This document shows positions 25,012 to 32,000 of a DNA stretch of 32,000 nucleotides, piece by piece. A program made the position numbers and the translations under genes. The first letter of the stretch is position 1. Every line of letters begins with the position of its first letter. A model generated the notes under the pieces. It did no database searches and was not told the origin of the DNA. It saw only the letters and a list, made by a program, of their open reading frames with translations. Origin of the DNA: an uncultured bacterium (GTDB lineage Bacteria > Margulisbacteria > WOR-1 > CAVSGV01); the NCBI GenBank assembly GCA_963699255.1, contig OY969425.1:1260001-1292000 (forward strand), written 5' to 3'.

Positions 25012-25478
25012 TTTCCGCATATTTCATTGGCAAAATCCTTGACCTTCTGAATGTGTTTGTCTTTCTTTACTTCCATTTCCTTGAAATCGAGAACGGCAAC
25101 CGGCTTTTTCCCGCATAACCCCTCCATGGTCTTGAAAGTATTGCCGGAAGCCCCACCCATTGTAAGGAAAAAAGCCACTTTCTTGAAGCTCTCCCTGTTC
25201 TTTGTGATATAAGCCCTGACCGCCGGAGTAAGGGTCCACGCCCAAACAGGGGTTCCGATGACAACGATATCGTAATTCGATGGATCATACTTATTTGAAT
25301 TGATATTGATGGGTTTCCTAAGCGTCGCATCGCGTCCGGCCGTCAGCCAACCCCAGATGCCGCGCCTGTCCTTCTGATCGATTATTTCCTCGATATCGGA
25401 ATGAAGCGCGCCCGCGATCGCCCCGGCAGTTTTTTTTGTCGTGCCCGTTCTTGAATAATATACGACCAGCGATTTCAT
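25008..25478 (-). CDS. Flavodoxin family protein
   Basis: MKSLVVYYSRTGTTKKTAGAIAGALHSDIEEI...YDIVVIGTPVWAWTLTPAVRAYI. Confidence 0.9.
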   Translation of the reverse strand: MKSLVVYYSRTGTTKKTAGAIAGALHSDIEEIIDQKDRRGIWGWLTAGRDATLRKPININSNKYDPSNYDIVVIGTPVWAWTLTPAVRAYITKNRESFKKVAFFLTMGGASGNTFKTMEGLCGKKPVAVLDFKEMEVKKDKHIQKVKDFANEICGK

Positions 25479-25561
25479 GACCCGCGTATTATATCAGGAA
25501 AATTTAATCCCATCTAATATCTATTGCTCACTCAAAAACATCCGGAGTATGTCAATATAGA

Positions 25562-25590
25562 TTGACATATAAACACTGAGTATTTATAAT
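25562..25590 (+). promoter_or_regulatory. Sigma70 consensus promoter for the arsR operon with overlapping palindromic operator
   Basis: TTGACA (25562-25567), 17 bp, TATAAT (25585-25590). The 21-bp imperfect palindrome TATAAAcACTgAGTaTTTATA (25568-25588) overlaps the spacer and -10. Confidence 0.88.
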
Positions 25591-25601
25591 ATCGGGCAAT
25601 C

Positions 25602-25904
25602 ATGGAACGAGCATTATGTTGCAGAATAGATACGTCAAAGGTAGCCGGGTTGCTTAAGGCGCTATCTGAACCTAACCGCTTGCAGCTGATATGCCTCCTC
25701 CGCCGCGGGAAAAGATGCGTTTGTGAACTCCAATCCGACACCGGGCTTACACACAACCTTCTCTGCCATCATCTGAAAGCGCTCGGCAAGCTAGGGTTGA
25801 TCGATGCGACACATAAAAATCAATTCACCTATTATGCCCTTAATATCAAGAATTTCCGGAAAATGCTTAAAGATATGAATATGTTGCTGGGAGGGGATCA
25901 ATGA
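25602..25904 (+). CDS. arsR: ArsR-family transcriptional repressor
   Basis: VAGLLKALSEPNRLQLICLLRRGKRCVCELQSDTGLTHNLLCHHLKALGKLGLIDATHKNQFTYYAL, with a CVC metalloid-binding-type motif. Confidence 0.9.
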   Translation: MERALCCRIDTSKVAGLLKALSEPNRLQLICLLRRGKRCVCELQSDTGLTHNLLCHHLKALGKLGLIDATHKNQFTYYALNIKNFRKMLKDMNMLLGGDQ

Positions 25905-26953
25905 ATAAAATAAATATATTTGAAAGATACCTGACCCTCTGGGTAGTCCTTTGCATGGCGGCCGGAGTAACGATCGGAAAAATATTTCCGCAAGCCACCG
26001 GGATCATACGAAGCCTTGAGTTCGGGGCCGGAAGCCAGATAAACATCGTTATAGCCGTGCTGATATGGCTGATGATATACCCGATGATGCTGAAGATAGA
26101 TTTCACCTCCATTCTCGACGTCAGGAAAAAACCGAAGGGGCTCGCAGTTACCTTGTTCGTTAACTGGCTCGTCAAGCCTTTCAGCATGGCCGTGATAAGC
26201 TGGATCTTCTTTAAATTGATCTTTCTGCCGATGATAGGGATCGATCTTGCCAACCAGTATATCGCCGGAACGATATTGCTGGCGGCTACGCCGTGCACCG
26301 CGATGGTGTTCGTCTGGAGTTATTTGACCAACGGCGATCCGGCATACACGCTCGTTCAGGTGGCCGTGAACGACCTGATAATGCTGTTCGCTTTCGCCCC
26401 TATCGTGGCCTTTCTTATAACCGGGGCCTCCAATCTGACGGTCCCTTTTAATGTGCTTTTTTACGCGGTCGTTATCTTCATCGTCATACCGCTGTCTGCC
26501 GGAGCGATCAGCAGACAGTTGCTGATAAAACGCAAGGGACTTGAATGGTTCGAGAACAAATTCCTTGCCGTTTTCCAACCGGTCACCATAATAGCTTTGT
26601 TCCTGACGCTCATGACGATATTCGCGTTCCAGGCGGACAACATAACCGTAAGGTGGTTCCATGTGATATTGATAGCCGTCCCCATAACGATACAGGGTTA
26701 CCTCGTTTTTTCGCTCACATATGGATTGATGTGGCTTCTTAAGGTCCCGTTCAGCATTGCGGCTCCGGGAGCTCTTATAGGAGCCAGCAATTTCTTTGAA
26801 CTCGCGGTAGCAACCGCAATAACTCTGTACGGCCCGCAGTCCGGCGCCGCTCTTGCCACCGTTGTCGGCGTTCTTGTGGAAGTGCCGGTAATGCTATCCG
26901 TCTGTTCCATATGCAACAGGACAAGACGCTGGTTTGACGGCTGCAAGGGCTGA
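25901..26953 (+). CDS. acr3: ACR3-family arsenite efflux permease
   Basis: FERYLTLWVVLCMAAGVTIGKIFP...IWLMIYPMMLKIDF...KPFSMAVISWIFF...AATPCTAMVFVWSYLTNGDPAYTLVQVAVNDLIML...GASNFFELAVATAI. Confidence 0.96.
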   Translation: MNKINIFERYLTLWVVLCMAAGVTIGKIFPQATGIIRSLEFGAGSQINIVIAVLIWLMIYPMMLKIDFTSILDVRKKPKGLAVTLFVNWLVKPFSMAVISWIFFKLIFLPMIGIDLANQYIAGTILLAATPCTAMVFVWSYLTNGDPAYTLVQVAVNDLIMLFAFAPIVAFLITGASNLTVPFNVLFYAVVIFIVIPLSAGAISRQLLIKRKGLEWFENKFLAVFQPVTIIALFLTLMTIFAFQADNITVRWFHVILIAVPITIQGYLVFSLTYGLMWLLKVPFSIAAPGALIGASNFFELAVATAITLYGPQSGAALATVVGVLVEVPVMLSVCSICNRTRRWFDGCKG

Positions 26954-26976
26954 TCATGGTCAAAGGGGTAAAATAA

Positions 26977-27926
26977 ATGTTTAAATATTTTGCAGATCTT
27001 ATCACTTACGATCTCCTGCGCTTATCCAGAGGGTCGCATATCGCCGAAAGCGTTAATTTTTTCATTTATGATGTCCCGAAGATATATATAATGCTCCTGT
27101 GCATCGTATTCGTAGTCGCCATCTTACGAAGTTTCCTTCCTCCTGAAAAGATAAGATCAATATTAAGCCGGAGGAACGAGATCGTAGGAAATATTCTCGC
27201 CGCGTGCTTCGGGATATTTACGCCTTTCTGCACCTGTTCCGCCATCCCGCTATTCATGGGAATGCTGCAATCCGGCGTTCCGCTCGGAGTTACCATGTCA
27301 TTCCTTGTCTCCGCCCCTGTTATCAATGAAGTGGCTTTAGTGCTTCTGTGGGGGCTTTTCGGATGGCGAGTTGCCGTTACATATATAATAAGCGGTTTGG
27401 TCGTCGCTATAGCGGCAGGGATAATAATAGGACGGTTGAAAATGGAGCGTTTTGTAGAAGACTTTGTTACCCAGGGAGGATGCACTTGCGCTGAGCCCGG
27501 AAATACCTCTTCATGGAAAGACAGGTTCGAATATGCGTTCGAATATACGAAAGACATTTTCTTTCAGGTCTGGATTTATATCATGATCGGCGTCGGTGTC
27601 GGCGCCATGATCCACGGATATATCCCTATAGATCTCGTGACCCGATACGCGAGCAAAAGCAATCCTTTCGCGGTCATCATCGCCGTGCTGCTCGGCATCC
27701 CTATCTATGCCAACTGCGCTGGCGCGATACCCGTGGTCCAGGCGATCCTGGAAAAGGAGCTCCCCTCGGTACCAGCCTGGCTTTCCTGATGTCCGTAACA
27801 GGGTTGTCGCTGCCGGAATTCATCATCCTTAGAAAAGTGTTGAAACCAAGGCTGCTCCTGACTTTCTTCGGCACTGTCGCGGTCGGGATAGTATTGATCG
27901 GGTACTTTTTCAATTTTATTTTCTGA
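26977..27926 (+). CDS. COG0701/DUF318 permease (ArsP-like), apparent frameshift near 27756
   Basis: GIFTPFCTCSAIPLFMGMLQSGVPLGVTMSFLVSAPVINEVALVLLWGLFGW...IPVVQAILEK, continuing in the next frame GAPLGTSLAFLMSVTGLSLPEFIILRKVLKPRLLLTFFGTVAVGIVLIGYFFNF. Confidence 0.9.
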
Positions 27927-27936
27927 GGAGTAAAAT

Positions 27937-28176
27937 ATGGAAATAAAAGTGCTCGGACCGGGTTGCCCAAACTGCAAGGACCTGGAAAGACGGGTTAAGC
28001 AGGCTTTATTGGAACTGAAAATCGATGCGAAAGTGACAAAGGTCAGCGATTGGAAAGATATCGGAAAATACGTTATGATGACCCCGGGTCTGGTGATAAA
28101 TGAAAAGGTAAAGCATTCGGGAAAGCCTCTTCCGAGAGTGGAACAGATAAAAAAATGGATCAAAGAAGAGATATAA
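27937..28176 (+). CDS. Thioredoxin-like small redox protein (redox-active disulfide protein family)
   Basis: MEIKVLGPGCPNCKDLERRVKQALLELKIDAKVTKVSDWKDIGKYVMMTPGLVINEKVKHSGKPLP. Confidence 0.92.
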   Translation: MEIKVLGPGCPNCKDLERRVKQALLELKIDAKVTKVSDWKDIGKYVMMTPGLVINEKVKHSGKPLPRVEQIKKWIKEEI

Positions 28177-28905
28177 ATGCTTAAGATCGAGAATCTCAAT
28201 TTAAAACGCGGCGACAAGCAGATAATAAGTGACGTCAGCTTTGAGGTCCCGGACGGCGAGATATTCGGTGTGCTCGGCACCAACGGCGCCGGAAAAAGCT
28301 CGCTGGCCTATGTTCTTATGGGAAGCTCCGGATATCAGCCTGACAGCGGAAAGATAACTTTCAACGGCACTGACATAACCGACAAAACCATGGATGAAAG
28401 GGCGCGACTCGGGATCACCCTGGCATGGCAGGAGCCGGCGAGGTTCGAGGGACTCCCGATCCTCGACTTCATCCTTCTTGGAAGCAAGGAAAAAGGCCAC
28501 ACGCTGGCCGAGAACTACATGGACAACATGAGATTGACGGTCAGCGAATACCGGACAAGGCAGGTGGATAAGACTCTGAGCGGGGGGGAGAGAAAGAAAA
28601 TAGAACTCGCTTCTGTTCTGGCGATGAAACCGAAACTCGCGATACTTGATGAACCCGACTCCGGCATCGATATGCTGTCCCAGGAAGCCGTGATCAATAT
28701 GATACGCGAGATAAAGAGCTACGGCGGCTCCGTCATCCTTATCACGCATGACGAAGAAGTCGTGAATATCGCGGACCGCGTGGCGCTCATGTGCAGCGGG
28801 CTTGCTTTCAAAGTAGGGAAACCCAAAGAAATAATCGGATATTACAGGGAACACTGCAAGCCATGCCCCACAAAAGCATATCCGGCAAAAGGGGAAAGCA
28901 AATGA
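28177..28905 (+). CDS. sufC: SufC-like Fe-S assembly ATPase (SmsC candidate)
   Basis: Walker A GTNGAGKSSLAYVLMG, LSGGERKKIE, LAILDEPDSGIDM, ILITHD; overlaps the SufB/D-like gene. Confidence 0.88.
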   Translation: MLKIENLNLKRGDKQIISDVSFEVPDGEIFGVLGTNGAGKSSLAYVLMGSSGYQPDSGKITFNGTDITDKTMDERARLGITLAWQEPARFEGLPILDFILLGSKEKGHTLAENYMDNMRLTVSEYRTRQVDKTLSGGERKKIELASVLAMKPKLAILDEPDSGIDMLSQEAVINMIREIKSYGGSVILITHDEEVVNIADRVALMCSGLAFKVGKPKEIIGYYREHCKPCPTKAYPAKGESK

Positions 28906-29849
28906 CGGATTACACGAAAGATTACCAGATGATGCTGGACGCATATAAGAACGCGGAAGGAAATCCAGCTATTTTCAATGACGCGAAGATCGCCCACCTG
29001 CTGGTCCACAAGAACAATGTCATAGGCAAGCATCTTGTGCCCGGTCTTATAGTTGAACCAAAGGAAACCAAGGACGGGATCGACCTCAAGTTCAAGGTGC
29101 TCCCCGATAATAAGATCGAGTTCCCCGTCCATCTCTGTTTCGGCGTGCTGCCAAAGGAAGGGATCCAGATCATCAATATTGACGCGGAGGTCGGTGAGAA
29201 CAGCAAGGTTACGCTCCTCGCGCACTGTATTTTCCCCAACGCCGTCAAAGTCGTACACAAGATGCAGGCAAAGATAGTCGTAAAAAAGAACGCGTCGTAT
29301 GAATATAACGAGGTCCACTTCCACGGGGAGGACGGCGGTGTGGATGTCGTGCCGAAAGCAAAGATAATCCTTGAAGAAGGCGGAAGGCTCCTGACAAATT
29401 TCCAGCTCATCCACGGCAGGGTGGGAACGCTTGATATAGATTATGAGGTGGAAGCCGCGAAAGACGCGGTCGTAGAAATGATCGCCAAGGCGTACGGCTA
29501 TGGGACGGATAAGATCAAAATAAGGGAAAAGACTATTTTGAGGGGCGAAGGTTCCCGCGGCATCATTAAAAGCCGCGTAGCCGTCAAGAACGAAGCGACC
29601 AGCGAGGTTTATTCGGAGGTCCAGGCTTACGGAAGAAACTCCCGCGGCCACGTTGACTGCGTTGAAATAGTCCAGGATAAAGGCCAGGCAAGGGCCGTTC
29701 CGATCGTTGATGTCTTCGAGCATACGGCAAAGGTCACGCACGAGGCCGCCATCGGAAGCGTCGACAAAGCCCAGCTGGAGACGCTGATGGCAAGAGGTTT
29801 GCGCTCGGACGAAGCGGTTGATATCATCATCAAGGGGATGTTGAAATAG
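28902..29849 (+). CDS. SufB/SufD-like Fe-S scaffold (SmsB candidate)
   Basis: GRNSRGHVDCVEIVQDKGQARAVPIVDVFEHTAKVTHEAAIGSVDKAQLETLMARGLRSDEAVDIIIKGML; ATG 28902 overlaps the sufC stop. Confidence 0.88.
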   Translation: MTDYTKDYQMMLDAYKNAEGNPAIFNDAKIAHLLVHKNNVIGKHLVPGLIVEPKETKDGIDLKFKVLPDNKIEFPVHLCFGVLPKEGIQIINIDAEVGENSKVTLLAHCIFPNAVKVVHKMQAKIVVKKNASYEYNEVHFHGEDGGVDVVPKAKIILEEGGRLLTNFQLIHGRVGTLDIDYEVEAAKDAVVEMIAKAYGYGTDKIKIREKTILRGEGSRGIIKSRVAVKNEATSEVYSEVQAYGRNSRGHVDCVEIVQDKGQARAVPIVDVFEHTAKVTHEAAIGSVDKAQLETLMARGLRSDEAVDIIIKGMLK

Positions 29850-29862
29850 GGAGGGGATTGAT

Positions 29863-30597
29863 ATGCAAACACTTGCCTGGATAATTGGAGCAACCATCAT
29901 CGACAGTTTGGTTGGGCTTGTGGGGGTATTCAGTCTCTTCACAAGCGAAGCGGTGCTACAGAAGATCATAAAAAAGATCGTGGCCTTCTCCGCAGGCGCT
30001 CTCCTGGGCGGAGGGTTTTTCCATCTTCTTGCGGAAGCGCTGGAGAAAATGACGCCCTTTCAAACTTTCACGATCACAATCATCGGCTTCCTGGTATTTT
30101 TCGTCCTTGAAGAGTATCTTCACTGGCATCAGTGCGAAGAATGGGATATTCACCCATACAGCTACCTGATGATCATCGGCGATTCGGCGCACAATATCCT
30201 TGACGGGCTGGTCATCGCCGGCACATTCATGGTGAGCGCTCCTCTTGGCATAATAACGACCGGACTTATAATAGCGCACGAGGTCCCGCAGGAGCTCGGG
30301 GTCTTTTGCGTGCTTGTTTCGGGAGGTTTCAACAAGTCACAGGCGATATATTACAGCTTTCTTGCGCAGTGCACCTGTGTCTTGGGAGGCGTTCTTGGAT
30401 TTTTCTTTATGAATAGGCTCACCGCTCTTTCTTCTCTTATCGTGCCTTTCGCCGCCGGCGGATTCATATACATCGCCGCGTCAGACCTGATCCCGGGAAT
30501 GCATAAGACGGAGGGCATTGAAAAGATTTCCTCTTTTGCCTGGCTCTGTGTCGGCATAATTCTGATGGTCGTTACAAAAATATATTTGAAGGTGTAG
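29863..30597 (+). CDS. ZIP family metal transporter
   Basis: GALLGGGFFHLLAEALE...YLMIIGDSAHNILDGLVIAG...TGLIIAHEVPQELGVFCVLV, the canonical ZIP TM4/TM5 HNxxDG and HExPxE motifs. Confidence 0.94.
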   Translation: MQTLAWIIGATIIDSLVGLVGVFSLFTSEAVLQKIIKKIVAFSAGALLGGGFFHLLAEALEKMTPFQTFTITIIGFLVFFVLEEYLHWHQCEEWDIHPYSYLMIIGDSAHNILDGLVIAGTFMVSAPLGIITTGLIIAHEVPQELGVFCVLVSGGFNKSQAIYYSFLAQCTCVLGGVLGFFFMNRLTALSSLIVPFAAGGFIYIAASDLIPGMHKTEGIEKISSFAWLCVGIILMVVTKIYLKV

Positions 30598-30679
30598 ATA
30601 CGAATTTGGAAGAAAGGAAAAAGGGGAATTTGGGATAGAACTTAACAATGAAATTTCTGGCCTCACCCAGCTTACATGA

Positions 30680-30705
30680 GAACCTGCGACTGAAAGTCGC
30701 GGTTC
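30680..30705. repeat. GAACC...GGTTC hairpin, copy 3, next to IS200/RAYT-like gene
   Basis: GAACC-T-GCGACT-GAA-AGTCGC-GGTTC; same T bulge as copy 1 and same GCGACT/AGTCGC stem as copy 2. Confidence 0.9.
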
Positions 30706-30781
30706 CTGATATTGAATGTAGATGTAATTTCTCCCCAGTGATAATTGTATGGGCCCTGAGAGGAAAACTCTTCATTCCGGT

Positions 30782-31270
30782 TTAAATAAACCTCTTATCC
30801 AAGCCATTTATTGATTGTTGCTTGATATATCTTGAAATAGCCAAGATGTTATTTTGCTCGATTTCTTCAGCATAGTAAGACCTCCCCCAAAGTTTTCTAT
30901 ATTCATATCGATTTGTGTTGAAGCGTTCAAAGAATCGTTTCGAAGAAATCCCTTTTATTACTCTCATCACATAATCAATGCGATGGCTTCTTTCAAACTC
31001 TATCAACAGGTGGACATGATCTGATACAATATGACAACTAATAATACAAAATCCTTTAGATATCGATATTTCTTTGAAGGAATCATATAAGAATCTTACA
31101 GCAACTTTATCAATAAGCACCGGTTTGCTTTTATATGTTCTGAATACAAAATGATAAACAATCATTGTTTTGTTGGAACCGAGGCTTTTAGCCTCAGGTT
31201 CCATGGTCTTTTCCTCTTTTCCATTTTCCTGCATTCCCTGCTCCCCGGACTTGTTGCCTAACTTTCCCAT
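30782..31270 (-). mobile_element. IS200/REP-associated (Y1) transposase-like protein; true start probably downstream of 31270
   Basis: TMIVYHFVFRTYKSKPVLIDKVAV...GFCIISCHIVSDHVHLLIEF (HUH-type motif) ...LWGRSYYAEEIEQNNILAISRYIKQQ (candidate catalytic Tyr). Confidence 0.85.
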
Positions 31271-31282
31271 ATTTCCTCTTCC

Positions 31283-32000
31283 CTACTCCATAATGTGCGG
31301 CGTGATCAGGAATATGACGTCCGTCTTTGTTTTTTCGGTGACTTTGCTCTGGAACAATCCACCCAGCAATGGAATTTCCGAGAATACCGGTATCCTGGAT
31401 ATATTTTCCCTGTCAGATTCGTTCAGCAATCCGCCTATCACAAGGGTCTCTCCGTCGCGGATCCGTACAGTAACAGATGCGTTCCTTGTTGCGATAACGG
31501 GGAATTCCCCTGCTGATGTCGTCCGCCATTCGGAGATATTGCTTACCTCCGGCTTTATGGTCGATACTATCGTCCCGTCGCTTGCCACTGTCGGAAGGAT
31601 CTTTAAATTGACCCCGGCATCGATATATTGTATAGCCCACTGCGTGGAAGTGGATGTTGTTCCGGCCGGAACGGCATAAGGGATGCGGCTGCCGATATTT
31701 ATCTCGGCTTCTTTTCCGTCAAGCGCCGTGATCTTCGGGTTGGCAAGTATACTTGCCTTTCCCGACGCGACCAGCGCGTTTACGGCGCCAAGGATATTAT
31801 CCGATTGCGAGATCCCTCCCGTGCTCTTGTCTATGGAAAACTTGAAGCTCCCCTGCTCATTTCCCCAGATAATACCGATGTCAGATAGTCCGCTTTGAGA
31901 CACTTCAACTACTTTTCCCTCGATAAAGATCTGCGGTATTTTTTTATCAAGGGACACTATGATCTTTTGCGCTTCATTTATATCATCCCGCTCCCCGCGA
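31283..32000 (-). CDS. Secretin (PilQ/GspD-like), C-terminal part, runs off the right edge
   Basis: Extends upstream of the tracked ORF as ERDDINEAQKIIVSLDKKIPQIFIEGKVVEVSQS...; RIGSRIPYAVPAG...VNLKILPTV...VRIRDGETLVIGGLLNESD...IPVFSEIPLLGGLFQSK...DVIFLITPHIM. Confidence 0.93.
   Translation of the reverse strand, partial: RGERDDINEAQKIIVSLDKKIPQIFIEGKVVEVSQSGLSDIGIIWGNEQGSFKFSIDKSTGGISQSDNILGAVNALVASGKASILANPKITALDGKEAEINIGSRIPYAVPAGTTSTSTQWAIQYIDAGVNLKILPTVASDGTIVSTIKPEVSNISEWRTTSAGEFPVIATRNASVTVRIRDGETLVIGGLLNESDRENISRIPVFSEIPLLGGLFQSKVTEKTKTDVIFLITPHIME

Overview
This is a gene-dense chromosomal window from a bacterium whose envelope looks diderm (PorV-like protein, secretin, lipoproteins). 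The lineage cannot be fixed from sequence alone; a candidate-phylum or MAG origin is a guess. Core content on the + strand: aroC, then rpsP-khpA-ylqD-trmD-COG4752 methyltransferase-rplS-lepB-rnhB, then HU, a YraN-like gene and a ComM-like gene. Core content on the - strand: tyrA-aroA-mutL-topA-panC, followed by a minor-pseudopilin cluster and an orphan D12-class adenine methyltransferase. From 25602 to 30597 there is a tight 7-gene + strand run: arsR, acr3, COG0701 permease, thioredoxin-like, SufC-like ATPase, SufB/D-like scaffold, ZIP transporter. It sits behind a perfect-consensus sigma70-type promoter whose spacer and -10 are overlapped by a 21-bp imperfect palindrome. The most unusual layer is a set of several families of degenerate interspersed repeats. 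They supply stop codons, pilin leader peptides and disordered linkers inside real genes. One family is a GGAACC...GGTTCC hairpin found next to an IS200/RAYT-like transposase and twice upstream of topA. Four genes (lepB, rnhB, tyrA, COG0701 permease) are each split by an apparent single-nucleotide frameshift; I treat these as probable sequencing errors until checked.
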